DNA of 63,983 nt, filler included, from an uncultured bacterium (GCA_964449065.1; 4 parts of 4 records of this genome joined end to end with filler, not necessarily neighbours in it), one strand, 5' to 3'; counted from the first letter of the whole stretch, positions 47,548 through 58,424 are shown. Notes: generated from the letters alone by a model not told the origin. A program made the numbers and translations.

Positions 47548-47767
47548 ACCAACTCAACTCTCCTATTTCTATAACTGTATATAGAATATCAACTCGCGGT
47601 TCTGAGGAAGCGGCAACATACAATCCGCCTTCCTGTTACCATACTTAAACCTATACTTATCAATAAGAATTATTCATTTTGCATGATTTACCCATTATAT
47701 TATCTCCAGGAAATGAGGCAATGCCCTTTTCTTTCCGCCCCGGCTCGGATTGGTTATGAATTTGGTT

Positions 47768-48667
47768 ATGAATACACAATCAACTTGTTTTACATTGCTT
47801 TCAGAAGGAATAACCGTCATTGTTCCTGTTTTTAACGAGGCGGAAGGCCTTCCACAATTTTTACAAAACGTGGACGCGTTTGCCTCTTCTTGTTCCTTCC
47901 CGTACGAAATTTTGTTTATAGACGATGGCTCCACCGATGAGAGCGTTTCCATTTTAGAACAAACCCGTTACACCCTTTTAACGCATGATGTTAATCGCGG
48001 TTATGGCGCTGCCGTGAAGACCGGCATAGAACAAGCCGGCAATGAAGCCATTGTCATCATTGATGCCGACGGTACGTATAACACCAACGATATCGAAAAA
48101 ATCTTGCGAAAACTGAATCAATACGATATGGTTGTTGGAGCAAGAACCGGAAACAACGTGCATATCCCCCTCTTTCGTCGTCCGGTGAAATGGGCAATCC
48201 GCCATTTTGCCTCATGGATGGCAGGCCATTCCATCCCGGATTTAAATTCCGGGCTGCGCGCCTTTCGGCGTTCGGAGGTAATGAAACTTATCCGGCTCCT
48301 TCCGGATGGTTTCTCTCTAACCACAACCATTACGGTTGCGATGCATACAGCCGGGCAGCGCGTACATTATGAACCGATTGATTATGCCAAACGCACCGGC
48401 TTATCCAAGTTTCGCCCCTTCTCCGATACCTGGAATCTGTTAATGCTGATCCTGCGAACCGTTGTGCTGATTCGCCCATTGAATGTCTTTTTACCCTTAA
48501 GTATCATTCTCTTTGTAACTGCCCTTGTGGTAGGTTTATATACCAAATTCGTGTTGCATGAATTTATGGACGCCACATTTATTGTGTTAATGATGACCAG
48601 TATTCAAATGTTCGTCCTCGGCCTCATCGCCGATCTCATTGTCCGTATCAATCTATGGACACCATAA
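47768..48667 (+). CDS. glycosyltransferase family 2 (polyprenol-phosphate glycosyltransferase-like)
   Basis: IVPVFNE, DDGSTD, NRGYGAA, DADG, DLNSGLRAF; two C-terminal TM helices. Confidence 0.92.
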   Translation: MNTQSTCFTLLSEGITVIVPVFNEAEGLPQFLQNVDAFASSCSFPYEILFIDDGSTDESVSILEQTRYTLLTHDVNRGYGAAVKTGIEQAGNEAIVIIDADGTYNTNDIEKILRKLNQYDMVVGARTGNNVHIPLFRRPVKWAIRHFASWMAGHSIPDLNSGLRAFRRSEVMKLIRLLPDGFSLTTTITVAMHTAGQRVHYEPIDYAKRTGLSKFRPFSDTWNLLMLILRTVVLIRPLNVFLPLSIILFVTALVVGLYTKFVLHEFMDATFIVLMMTSIQMFVLGLIADLIVRINLWTP

Positions 48668-48701
48668 CGTATACCGACTTTTTCACGGAAGAGTGAACAC
48701 C

Positions 48702-50582
48702 ATGAAACACAATTTTCTAATCATATTCATCTCAACCGTATTCTTCTCTACCATTGGCTGTTCTCCAAACGAACCAAAAGTAGAGCCTCCCGATCCCCGG
48801 CAAGAAATCCTCACGGTGGATGAAAATACCTATACGGTTGCCAATGTGTTGACGGCGCTGCAAGAAGAAGTGCCGTTTCAAGAAATTATTTCCGCGTGGA
48901 CACAAGAAAATTCCACCGGGTTGGATGTTCCCGGCAAGGACTCATCCGATTCTTCATCCGTAGAGAAACTCATTAAACAAGCGGGACATACTTTCGCGTT
49001 CGAAGAGGCAATCGCTCGACAAGCCCGCCAGGCAGAATTGAATCAACTGCCGGATTTTCAATCCTATATTGACGACACGGTTAAATCCGAACTGTACGAA
49101 AAGTTTGTCATCGAAGAAATACTGCAAAATATCTCCTTTACGGAAAAAGAACTCGAGCGCAAATACGAACTCAACAAAAACCGCTTCAAATCGCCCAAAT
49201 CCGACCGCTTTGCCATCAGCGGCCTTTATGTAAAAACGGATGACAAGACGAATGAGCAAGCCTGGAGCAAGGCCCAAGAGGCCTACAATAAACTGCAAAA
49301 TGGTGCCGATTTTGTGGATATCGCAAAAGAATATTCTGAAGCACCTGAATCCATCCGCGGCCTCATCCAAGAAGTCAATATCAGCGATTTCACGAACGAA
49401 GAAATCCCCCTCGCATTGATGAAACTGGAAGACGGCGAATTCAGCGAAATTATCCCCTCTGGCGATAAATTACTCATCTATAAACGCCACAAATACATCC
49501 CGCCGGAATATCAACCCTTTGAATCGGTCAAAACTTGGATTCGGGAAATGGCCGCTTTAGAAGCGCAAAACAGTGAACTTGCTCTTCTCTATCAAAAATT
49601 AAAAGAAAAATACCAACCTTCTTTGAATACGGATTTACTGATCAACCCTCAAGAAGATCAAATGAATCAGCACATAATCTCTCTTCCCGGAATCTATGAA
49701 ATGACGTTACAAGAATTCATACAATCCGCGGAAAACCAACATATTTACACATACAAAGAGAAAATCGATTACGTGAATCTGTTAGCACAAAAAGCCGTCA
49801 TTGTGAAAGAAGCTTTGGAACGGGGATGGTCGGAAGAGTCTGTGGCATCCATAGTGAATTATTACAAAAACAAATGGCTCACCACCGAATGGATTAACAG
49901 CATAGTGCAAGACCGTCTGCCAACCGAACCCCAACTGCGGGAACTGTATGCCAACAATCTAAATAGCAAACACTTCAAAGTCCCCCAAACCTATGAACTC
50001 TATTCTATTTTCTTCCCGGCAAACTATTCTCCCGAACAAACCTTTTTAGAAAAAGAAAAGGAGTTTATTCTTGCCAGAACCAAATCCATGCAGGCGTATC
50101 AAGAGCTGCAAGACGGCAAACCGTTTGCCGAAGTCGCTTCCAAATATTCTCACAGCGAAACCCACCAGCAATCGGGCGGCTATTTAGGAACGGTATCGAT
50201 TAACCAACTCGGCGGACAGCGCGGCAATTCGATTCAATCATCGGATTTAAAGGCGGGGGAATTCAGCGAACCGTATGAAATCAATCTCCAACAAGAAGGC
50301 CATAACGGCTATGAAATCTATTTTGTTCAAGAGATACAACCCGAACGCGTGATGACCTACCAAGAAGCGAAAGAAAAACTGTTGAACGCCGCCAAATCCA
50401 AAGAGTACAACGAAGAATACCAGCGTCTATTTCAAAAATGGGAATCAAGCAACACCATCCGCTTCCATTCCAAAGCAATGGATTCGGTAAGAAATTATCT
50501 TGTGGATTTGATCCGCAAACCGGATACGCGGATTGCCGAGTTGTACCGCTACACTCAACCGGAGGCTGAATCAACACAATGA
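48702..50582 (+). CDS. lipoprotein with two parvulin-type PPIase domains
   Basis: lipobox TIGC; GADFVDIAKEYS and GKPFAEVASKYS..GGYLG. Confidence 0.82.
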   Translation: MKHNFLIIFISTVFFSTIGCSPNEPKVEPPDPRQEILTVDENTYTVANVLTALQEEVPFQEIISAWTQENSTGLDVPGKDSSDSSSVEKLIKQAGHTFAFEEAIARQARQAELNQLPDFQSYIDDTVKSELYEKFVIEEILQNISFTEKELERKYELNKNRFKSPKSDRFAISGLYVKTDDKTNEQAWSKAQEAYNKLQNGADFVDIAKEYSEAPESIRGLIQEVNISDFTNEEIPLALMKLEDGEFSEIIPSGDKLLIYKRHKYIPPEYQPFESVKTWIREMAALEAQNSELALLYQKLKEKYQPSLNTDLLINPQEDQMNQHIISLPGIYEMTLQEFIQSAENQHIYTYKEKIDYVNLLAQKAVIVKEALERGWSEESVASIVNYYKNKWLTTEWINSIVQDRLPTEPQLRELYANNLNSKHFKVPQTYELYSIFFPANYSPEQTFLEKEKEFILARTKSMQAYQELQDGKPFAEVASKYSHSETHQQSGGYLGTVSINQLGGQRGNSIQSSDLKAGEFSEPYEINLQQEGHNGYEIYFVQEIQPERVMTYQEAKEKLLNAAKSKEYNEEYQRLFQKWESSNTIRFHSKAMDSVRNYLVDLIRKPDTRIAELYRYTQPEAESTQ

Positions 50583-52033
50583 AAATTTTATTGGCGACTT
50601 CCGAACTCAACCCTTTCGTGAAAACCGGCGGCTTGGCTGATATGATAAGCGCGTTGGCGGTGGCGTTAAATCAAGAAGGCTTGCACGTGAGTGTTGTGCT
50701 GCCGTATTACTCCAAAATAGAGACCGGTGCGGAAAAAATAACCGGCATTGAAATCCCCATCGGCGATGCGATTGTAGAAGGCGCAATATACAAAACGGCG
50801 CTGCCCGATACCGCCATCCCTGTCTATCTCATTCATCAACCCGGTTACTTCCACCGCGATGGCATCTACAACGATCACGATAAAGACTATACCGATAACT
50901 TGCAGCGCTTCACCTTCTTCTGCCGTGCGGCAATTGCTATGGTTCAAAAAGGACTCCTGGATGTCGATATCGTCCACGCCAACGATTGGCAAACCGCATT
51001 GATTCCGACTTACGTAAAAACGGTTTTCAGCAACGATGCCAAACTCCAACCCATCAAAAGTGTCTTTACCATACACAATCTAGCCTATCAAGGCAGTTTT
51101 CCCGCTTCGGAATTTCCCCTAACCAACATCGGCTGGGAACACTTTCACATGGACGGGTTGGAATTTTACAATCAAATCAATCTGCTCAAAGGCGGTATCG
51201 TTTTTTCGGACAGAATTACAACGGTAAGCCCCACGTATGCAAAAGAAATTCAAACCCCGCATTTCGGCTGCGGTTTGGAAGGGATTCTTCAAAGCCGCAA
51301 CCATGCCTTAACCGGTATTTTGAACGGAGTAGATTACAGCACATGGTCACCGGAATCCGACCAATTCATAGCGCACCAATACAATCCTAATAACGCGCTC
51401 GAAAAAAAACCGCTGAACAAATCCGCTCTCCGCCAAATGTTCAACCTTCACGAACCCTCCATCGACCAACCGCTGCTCAGCGTTGTTACACGCATAGCGC
51501 ACCAAAAAGGTTTGGATTTACTCGTAAACGTTCTCCCCAAACTCTTTGAGCTGAATGCCCAGTTCGTCTTGCTTGGTTCTGGCGACCCGGCTTTGGAAGA
51601 ACGTTTTCTTACCCTGCAACAACAATATCCCAAGCACTGTTCCGTCCGTATCGAATACAATGAGCAGGTCGCCCATCAAATCGAAGCCGGAGCCGATCTG
51701 TTTGTCATGCCTTCCCGCTATGAACCCTGCGGGTTGAATCAAATGTATTCCCTACGCTACGGTACCATCCCCATCGTACACAATACCGGCGGCTTGGCGG
51801 ATACTATTATTGATATCGATGTCAATCCCAATGGAAACGGATTCAGCTTTGACGAGCCCTCTGCCGACGCTCTGCTGACCTCCTGCAAAAGAGCATTGGC
51901 CTATTATCAACAAAAAGACATGTGGAACGAACTTATCCTGCGTGCGATGCGGCAAGACTATTCATGGAATTATTCGGCAAAACAATATGTACAAATCTAC
52001 GAAGAGATAGTTGCCGATCCTGTAGCTGTGTAA
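50579..52033 (+). CDS. glgA: glycogen synthase
   Basis: KTGGL, HANDWQT, TIHNLAYQG, TTVSPTYA, MPSRYEPCGLNQMY. Confidence 0.97.
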   Translation: MKILLATSELNPFVKTGGLADMISALAVALNQEGLHVSVVLPYYSKIETGAEKITGIEIPIGDAIVEGAIYKTALPDTAIPVYLIHQPGYFHRDGIYNDHDKDYTDNLQRFTFFCRAAIAMVQKGLLDVDIVHANDWQTALIPTYVKTVFSNDAKLQPIKSVFTIHNLAYQGSFPASEFPLTNIGWEHFHMDGLEFYNQINLLKGGIVFSDRITTVSPTYAKEIQTPHFGCGLEGILQSRNHALTGILNGVDYSTWSPESDQFIAHQYNPNNALEKKPLNKSALRQMFNLHEPSIDQPLLSVVTRIAHQKGLDLLVNVLPKLFELNAQFVLLGSGDPALEERFLTLQQQYPKHCSVRIEYNEQVAHQIEAGADLFVMPSRYEPCGLNQMYSLRYGTIPIVHNTGGLADTIIDIDVNPNGNGFSFDEPSADALLTSCKRALAYYQQKDMWNELILRAMRQDYSWNYSAKQYVQIYEEIVADPVAV

Positions 52034-52073
52034 TTTACGACTCTCATTACCAACGAAAGCTGTGAGAAGACCA

Positions 52074-54161
52074 ATGAGTCAAAACGAAATTTATCTCCAT
52101 TTTTTTTGGCATCAACATCAGCCCTGGTACCCCGGTCCCGGTACGGGAACCTGTACCATGCCCTGGACCCGCCTGCATGGAATTAAAGACTACTACGACA
52201 TGGCATACCTATGCAAGCAATTTGACGGGTGGACGCAAACCATTAATTTGGTCCCCTCTCTCATCGAACAAATCTTAGGATACGTCGATGGCAGCATCAC
52301 CGACCGCTACTTTCAACTCAGCCAAAAACCGGCGGATCAACTGACGAAAGATGAACAAAGAGAAATTGTCGAACGCTTTTTTGACGCCCATGCTCCCCGC
52401 TTGATTCACATCCATCCCCGTTATGATGAATTGTTCCACAAACGCGAAACCAGCGGTGCCCAACGCTTTACCACGCAAGATTTTCTCGATTTGCAGGTGT
52501 GGTTTAACATCGCCTGGATTGATCCGGTATGGTACTCCAACCCAACACTGAAAGAATTAATGGACAAACAGCGAGAATACGATGAAGATGATAAAAATGA
52601 ATTGCTGAAGCTGCACATTGAAATATTAGAAAAAATTATCCCCATCCACAAAGAGATGAACAAAAAGGGGAACTTGGAACTCACAACCACTCCCTATTAT
52701 CATCCGATTTTGCCATTGCTATGTGATTCGTCTATCGCCAAAGTCTCCAATCCAAAAGATCCCGTGCCGGAACCGCCCTACATGCATCCGGAAGACGCCG
52801 AGTGGCATATCCGTGAAGGCAAAGCCTATTTTCAAAAGATTTTTGATTTTCAACCCAATGGTGTCTGGCCTTCTGAAGGTTCCGTATCCGATGAAGCCTG
52901 TGCGTTACTTGCCAAAGCCGGCTTTAATTATTTCGCCACCAGCCAGGATATTCTCTTCCGCTCTACCTGGGCCGATCAAAACCACAAACCGATTCATCCC
53001 GACCTGTACCGCCTGCACAAACTCGAAACACCCGGTGGAGATTTGGATTGCATTTTCCGCGATCAACATCTTTCCGATCTCGTCGGCTTTCATTACGCCA
53101 ATCAAAACGCGAAAGAAGCCGCCCAAAACTTCATGCGCACTGTTAAAGAGCGTTCCAACGAATGGAATTACAATTTCCCTCCCTTAGTCAACGTGATTTT
53201 AGACGGCGAAAACTGTTGGGAGTTCTACCCCAACGACGGTCATGATTTTCTGAAATACCTGATAGAGGGCATCATGAATGATTCTCAACTGCAGCCCACA
53301 ACCGTGCCCAAATACCGCGAAATGTACCCCACAGAGTCGCCTACGCTAACCTCCATCTATCCCGGCTCATGGATCGCCCATAACTTCCGCATTTGGATCG
53401 GCCACCCCGAAGACAACGCCGCCTGGCATTATCTTCGCCAAGCCCGTGATGAAGTCGCGCATCGTGAAAGCACTCTGGATCAAGAAACCAAAGACGAAGT
53501 TTGGAAAGAAATTCACATCTGCGAAGGCAGCGATTGGTATTGGTGGTTTGGGGATGAAAACTCATCCGTGCATGACTCGATGTTTGATGAGCAATTCCGT
53601 CTTCATTTAAGCCGGATTTATACCCTGCTGGAATTGGATATCCCAGAAGACCTCAAACGCCCCATCAAACGCATCACCAAAGACCACTACACCGGCGGCA
53701 TCTTTTTGCATCCGCTCACGTTGAACGGCAAACAAGCCGGCTACTACGATTGGGCGGGTGTACGCGCGATTGAATTCAGCACCAGCTCCGGCGCCATGCA
53801 TCAAGCCGAAAACCATCATGGCGCATTGAAATTTGGACGCTTTCAAAACCAACTCTACTTTCAAATCCGGTTCGATTCACTGGAACAAATCCCCAACAAC
53901 GTATCCGTTGAACTCAACATCACCAAACCCAGCATGCAATCCATCAATGTATCTACCGGACAAAACCACTGCCAGTTCGACGGCAGCACCATCACCTTTA
54001 TCGCTGACCTGAAATCGGCCAAGATGCAATTGCATCAAGAAATTTGGTTTTACTTATCCTTCCAGTTTGATGAAGAACAACACGTATCCATCCCAACCAC
54101 TGGAGAACTCTATTCACCTGCCTACACCGCTGCTAATGCCAATCCGCTTTGGTTTGCTTAG
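52074..54161 (+). CDS. glycoside hydrolase family 57 (amylopullulanase/alpha-amylase-like)
   Basis: WHQHQP, PYYHPILPL, WPSEG nucleophile, LDGENCWE acid/base, EGSDWYWW. Confidence 0.93.
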   Translation: MSQNEIYLHFFWHQHQPWYPGPGTGTCTMPWTRLHGIKDYYDMAYLCKQFDGWTQTINLVPSLIEQILGYVDGSITDRYFQLSQKPADQLTKDEQREIVERFFDAHAPRLIHIHPRYDELFHKRETSGAQRFTTQDFLDLQVWFNIAWIDPVWYSNPTLKELMDKQREYDEDDKNELLKLHIEILEKIIPIHKEMNKKGNLELTTTPYYHPILPLLCDSSIAKVSNPKDPVPEPPYMHPEDAEWHIREGKAYFQKIFDFQPNGVWPSEGSVSDEACALLAKAGFNYFATSQDILFRSTWADQNHKPIHPDLYRLHKLETPGGDLDCIFRDQHLSDLVGFHYANQNAKEAAQNFMRTVKERSNEWNYNFPPLVNVILDGENCWEFYPNDGHDFLKYLIEGIMNDSQLQPTTVPKYREMYPTESPTLTSIYPGSWIAHNFRIWIGHPEDNAAWHYLRQARDEVAHRESTLDQETKDEVWKEIHICEGSDWYWWFGDENSSVHDSMFDEQFRLHLSRIYTLLELDIPEDLKRPIKRITKDHYTGGIFLHPLTLNGKQAGYYDWAGVRAIEFSTSSGAMHQAENHHGALKFGRFQNQLYFQIRFDSLEQIPNNVSVELNITKPSMQSINVSTGQNHCQFDGSTITFIADLKSAKMQLHQEIWFYLSFQFDEEQHVSIPTTGELYSPAYTAANANPLWFA

Positions 54162-54178
54162 GCAATTGGAGTCGTTTT

Positions 54179-54859
54179 ATGGCACTGATTTTACAAGGTG
54201 GAGCCATCTTTCTTCACATCCCCAAAACCGGCGGCAGTTGGATCACCAAAGTACTGAAAGAATGCAAACTGTTGGACGGCAAACTCGGGCATAAACACGC
54301 GGATACCGCACACCTGCTTTCTCCTATCGGTAACAAACGTACCCGTCTGATTTCATACCATACGAAACGCGTGCTGGGCATCTATCCCAAGCATCCGTTT
54401 CTGTTCTGCTTTGTCCGTCATCCCTTATCCTGGTATGAATCCTGGTTTAAATATATGTCTCAGCCTAATCAAAACTGGTGCCATTGGGGCGATGAACAAG
54501 ACCTCACCCAGTGGCATCCCAATTCGATCCTCAACGGACTTGAAGACCATGATTTCAACCAATTCGTCCGCAATGTAATGAAAAAACGGCCGGGGTATGT
54601 GACGGAGATGTTTAGTTGGTATACCCCGCCATCCATCAACTTCACCGGTAAACAAGAAAATCTGGTGGATGATCTAGTCACAGTATTAAATCAATTAAAT
54701 CTGAATTTCAATGAAGACCAAATCAGAAATACCGCACCGGTAAACAAAAGTATTTACAACAAGACAACCATTCGGTGGGATGCTGAAGTGAAGCAAAAAT
54801 TGATCGAGTTGGAAAAAATCGGCATAACCCGCTATGGCTATGCCCCGTATTATGATTAA
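54179..54859 (+). CDS. sulfotransferase family 2 domain protein
   Basis: FLHIPKTGGSW 5'-PSB motif, FVRHP.SW..S 3'-PB motif, G.QE.L.DD. Confidence 0.82.
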   Translation: MALILQGGAIFLHIPKTGGSWITKVLKECKLLDGKLGHKHADTAHLLSPIGNKRTRLISYHTKRVLGIYPKHPFLFCFVRHPLSWYESWFKYMSQPNQNWCHWGDEQDLTQWHPNSILNGLEDHDFNQFVRNVMKKRPGYVTEMFSWYTPPSINFTGKQENLVDDLVTVLNQLNLNFNEDQIRNTAPVNKSIYNKTTIRWDAEVKQKLIELEKIGITRYGYAPYYD

Positions 54860-54872
54860 AAAGGATTCGACT

Positions 54873-54973
54873 ATGCTCCGAACAATCGTAGTGTTATTCA
54901 CGGCAGTTTCTCTATCAAGTTACGCGAACGCGCAACCGAATACAGCATTCTTTCCATCCTTCAACGAACCCAC
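54873..54973 (+). CDS. 5' end of a secreted protein, cut by contig end
   Basis: AAGGA RBS; MLRTIVVLFTAVSLSSYANA signal peptide. Confidence 0.55.
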
Positions 54974-55073
54974 NNNNNNNNNNNNNNNNNNNNNNNNNNN
55001 NNNNNNNNNNNNNNNNNTTAATTAATTAANNNNNNNNNNNNNNNNNNNNNNNNNNNNNNNNNNNNNNNNNNNN
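54974..55073. other. artificial contig linker
   Basis: 44 N + TTAATTAATTAA + 44 N. Confidence 0.98.
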
Positions 55074-55091
55074 TTGTAAGAGAGTGTCTTA

Positions 55092-55140
55092 CCCCCCTCT
55101 TAACCCCCTCCTAACCTCCCCCATTGCATTGGGGGAGGAA
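55092..55140. repeat. uninterrupted copy of the CCTCCCCC..GGGGGAGG hairpin repeat
   Basis: reverse complement TTCCTCCCCCAATGCAATGGGGGAGG-TTAG-GAGGGGGTTAA matches the flanks at 14571-14596 and 14939-14953. Confidence 0.7.
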
Positions 55141-55310
55141 TAAGGAACCTTTTTTTGATTTTTTACTTCATACCGCTGACCTGTTACGTTTCTTCTTCGC
55201 TATATCTCTCAAGGCTTTTTTGAGGGTTCGGTGCTTGTCACTAATCACTGTTTTTAGGATAATTGAACGATGGTGGGATCGCTTTAGCAACCCACCATTC
55301 CATGCGCGTA

Positions 55311-56474
55311 TCACAACGCCTTGAGCGCTTGCATTTTCTTTTCGCACTCGATATCGGGGGTGTTGAGAACCTCTTCATAGAGCCGCTCATATTGGGTTGT
55401 AATCAGTTCTTGTGCGAACGTGTTGAGAACACGCTGCCGCCCCGCTTTGCCAAAGGCTTCCTGCTTTTTCGAATCGGAAAGAATTTCAATTGCCGATTTC
55501 GCCAAAGTACGGATACACCCGACCGGGGCAAGATAACCTGTGACTCCATCTTCAATCACTTCCGGCACCCCGCCGACCGCGGATGCCACAACCGGCACTT
55601 CGCAGGCCATAGCCTCGGCGATGGTCAGTCCGAAGGATTCGGATTCAGACGTGGAAAGAAGCAAATCCGCGTGACGCAGGGTTTCGGTGACATCGGCCTG
55701 TGGGCCTAAAAAAGTGACCCGGTCCTGCAGGCCAAGTTTGCAGATCAAGAGCTCAGCGGTGGAACGGTCCGGGCCTTCGCCGATAAAGACCAAACGTGCG
55801 GGCATTGCCGAATGAATCAAGTCAAACACTTTGACGACATCGTTGATGCGCTTCACCGGGCGGAAGTTGCTGATGTGGACGATGGTTTTTTTATCTTTGT
55901 GAAATTTATCCTCGTCGGTTGAGGGGCTGTAGAGGTCGGTATCAATGGGATTGTAAATGACCCGGATATCACGGTGGATATCAAATTGGCTGAGCGTCGA
56001 TTTTTTGAGATGGCCGCTGACGGCAGTGACGATGTCGCTGGAATCAATGCTGAACTCGACGACCGGTTTGTAAGAGGGCATCAGACCCACCAATTCCGTA
56101 TCGGTACCGTGCAGGGTGGTGATCACCCGCAGATGACTTTCTCCGCGCGAGCAGAGCATCTGCTTCGCCAAAAACGCCGAGGTGGAATGAGGCACCGCGT
56201 AATGGACATGCAGAATATCCAATTGATGTTCCTTGCAGGTTTGATAAATCGTTGACGCAAGAGCGAGAGTGTAAGGAGGAAACCGGAAGAGAGGATAAAG
56301 AGGAACGTCTACATATTCAAAATGAAACTGTTCGTCCGCGCCTTCCAGTTTATGGGGGACATCATAACTAAAGAAATGAACCTGGTGTCCGCGGCGTGAT
56401 AGGGATTTCCCCAATTCAGTCGCGACGATTCCACTGCCGCCGATGCTGGGATAACATACGATTCCGATTTTCAT
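55311..56474 (-). CDS. bshA: N-acetyl-alpha-D-glucosaminyl L-malate synthase (GT4)
   Basis: MKIGIVCYPSIGGSGIVATELG, YPLF..PPY.LALA, HVHYAVPH, TTLHGTD, HISNFRPVKR, ESFGL. Confidence 0.92.
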   Translation of the reverse strand: MKIGIVCYPSIGGSGIVATELGKSLSRRGHQVHFFSYDVPHKLEGADEQFHFEYVDVPLYPLFRFPPYTLALASTIYQTCKEHQLDILHVHYAVPHSTSAFLAKQMLCSRGESHLRVITTLHGTDTELVGLMPSYKPVVEFSIDSSDIVTAVSGHLKKSTLSQFDIHRDIRVIYNPIDTDLYSPSTDEDKFHKDKKTIVHISNFRPVKRINDVVKVFDLIHSAMPARLVFIGEGPDRSTAELLICKLGLQDRVTFLGPQADVTETLRHADLLLSTSESESFGLTIAEAMACEVPVVASAVGGVPEVIEDGVTGYLAPVGCIRTLAKSAIEILSDSKKQEAFGKAGRQRVLNTFAQELITTQYERLYEEVLNTPDIECEKKMQALKAL

Positions 56475-58402
56475 TTTGTGCTCTCCGCTTGCAATCGAGT
56501 TTGAAAGGCCATCATGGCTAGGTCAATATTTTGAATAAACTGCGTAAGCAACCCGTTCATTTCCGTTAGAATGAATTCATACTTTTTTCCCATGCATTGC
56601 AAATAGGCTGCCCCGCTGTCGTCCTCCGCCTGTTCAGACTTTTGCCTGCGGAAATAAATGTATTGCGCGGACGTTCCCAAAAACGCGTCAAACAGCGGCG
56701 GACTGACCATATCCAACCAACGGGCATTGAACCGATCCCACAGCTGATGCGCCTCTTTTAACTCGATGGGACCGTTTTGAATGCGGGTCTTCCAGAATTC
56801 TATCATTTGGTACAGCTCATGGCAAATTTTTTGTCCCTGCACCAAAACGTGTTTGCCTTCTTCCATGCGGTGCAAAATAAGATTCGGGTCGTGATGCATC
56901 GTTTGCCGTTTGAGCGATTGAATCCGCTCCGCCACCCCATGCTGTTTCAATTCCTGCTTCATGGCATCCACCAACGGCATTCGGGTGGTTTGGTTGAAGG
57001 CGGCCCCGCCTTCGGTGGCATCGATAACCCGTACACCGTATTCGGCAATCGAGCGGTCTAAAGCGTTGATATACTGCTGAAACGGAACCGTGGTTAACAC
57101 CTTTTCACCATAATAGCCTTCCACAATATGCATTTTTCCCGACTCTTGCGCGGCGCGGTTTTCCTTTCCGGCAATGGTGGTGGTGCCGTCCGCTTGCGAA
57201 TCCAATATGGCGCGGGACATGGCGGCGTCTTTGGCATGAGTGGTCCCGCCTTTGGGCGGAAATGCGTAATCAAACCCGACAAGAATAATCGGATCACAGC
57301 CCATATAGACCGCCAAATTAAAGGCGATGTGCCCGACATTCATGGCGCGGTCAACTTTGCCGCAGCGGGTTTCGGCTTCAAACACATGCTCCAGAAAAGG
57401 GGATTCGCCATCGAAGAGCGGCAATAAAAAAGGATGATGGGCGAACTTTTCCGTAATCTTGCGGTTGACTTCAGGATGAAAGGCCAAAAAGGCGTGGCCG
57501 AGTGAATCGATTCGCTCGAAGTGGGTGAAGTTCAGAGGGGTCGGGTCCGCTGTGACGACAAAGTCTGGAACAATCCCATGGTTTTGAAAGCTTTTTTGAG
57601 CGGTATCGACAACAAACAATGGAGCGCGGTCGGCATGATTGCGAACGGCTTCGATGTTTTTATCCAGTGACGGCCCCGCGGCGGAAACGATGGCCGGATA
57701 TCCCGCAAACGCGTGTTGAAAGGTTTTTAACGCAAACCCCTGATAAATGGAGGAAAGATTCATGAGGATGTTGAACTGGTTGCGTCCCCGGTTTTCCATA
57801 TTGGTGCGCAGGTTGACTTCATCATAAGTTACCGCGTCCAACAAACAGTGTTGTACCTGCTTGTAATAGGCCGGGTTGCTTTTCAGCGAGGCATCGTGGG
57901 AAATAACCCGGAAGTTGTGCAGCACGATATCGGTGCGTTTATCGCCGACAATTTCGGGAATTTCTTTCGGATCTTCACCGATGATCCAAACGGTGCCGCT
58001 GCGGTTAATCAGGGCGCGAAAATCGATGGTGCCTAAAGCAATCCGAAAGATGCGCGGATCTTGCTCGATGACGAAGATGTAGCGGGTTTTTAATGCGTGG
58101 GTTTGTAAAAACGTCAATAGATGATAGCCCAAGCCTGTCCCCAGCAAAAAAATATTCGTGGGTTCTTTCAGTTCAATGGCTTCGGCCCAGCGTGCCGCTT
58201 CGCGAATGGGGTCATAGGCGCTGTGAAGCAAGACCGGGGTTTGGGCGCCGGGGGGGACATAGCGAAACGACGGGGCATGGGTTTTGGTTTGCACATATTC
58301 GGCTTGCAAGCCTTCTAACGGTGTTTGCAGCACCCTCTCCGCCGTGGCGGGGTCTTGTGTTTGCAGCGCTTGAATGTTGAGTTCAAATGTTTTTGCGTTC
58401 AT
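56471..58402 (-). CDS. motility-associated factor (Maf/DUF115) flagellin glycosyltransferase family
   Basis: LHSAYDP.REA, GTGLGY, AGPSLDKN, GCDPIILVG.D, IDATEGGA; likely start MNAKTF. Confidence 0.88.
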   Translation of the reverse strand: MNAKTFELNIQALQTQDPATAERVLQTPLEGLQAEYVQTKTHAPSFRYVPPGAQTPVLLHSAYDPIREAARWAEAIELKEPTNIFLLGTGLGYHLLTFLQTHALKTRYIFVIEQDPRIFRIALGTIDFRALINRSGTVWIIGEDPKEIPEIVGDKRTDIVLHNFRVISHDASLKSNPAYYKQVQHCLLDAVTYDEVNLRTNMENRGRNQFNILMNLSSIYQGFALKTFQHAFAGYPAIVSAAGPSLDKNIEAVRNHADRAPLFVVDTAQKSFQNHGIVPDFVVTADPTPLNFTHFERIDSLGHAFLAFHPEVNRKITEKFAHHPFLLPLFDGESPFLEHVFEAETRCGKVDRAMNVGHIAFNLAVYMGCDPIILVGFDYAFPPKGGTTHAKDAAMSRAILDSQADGTTTIAGKENRAAQESGKMHIVEGYYGEKVLTTVPFQQYINALDRSIAEYGVRVIDATEGGAAFNQTTRMPLVDAMKQELKQHGVAERIQSLKRQTMHHDPNLILHRMEEGKHVLVQGQKICHELYQMIEFWKTRIQNGPIELKEAHQLWDRFNARWLDMVSPPLFDAFLGTSAQYIYFRRQKSEQAEDDSGAAYLQCMGKKYEFILTEMNGLLTQFIQNIDLAMMAFQTRLQAESTK

Positions 58403-58424
58403 AAATTCTCTATGGATCAATCCA

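Noticed and set aside
47595..47640. GGAAGCGG..CCGCCTTCC hairpin as a riboswitch/ncRNA
   Set aside because: Single imperfect stem with no recognisable aptamer consensus.
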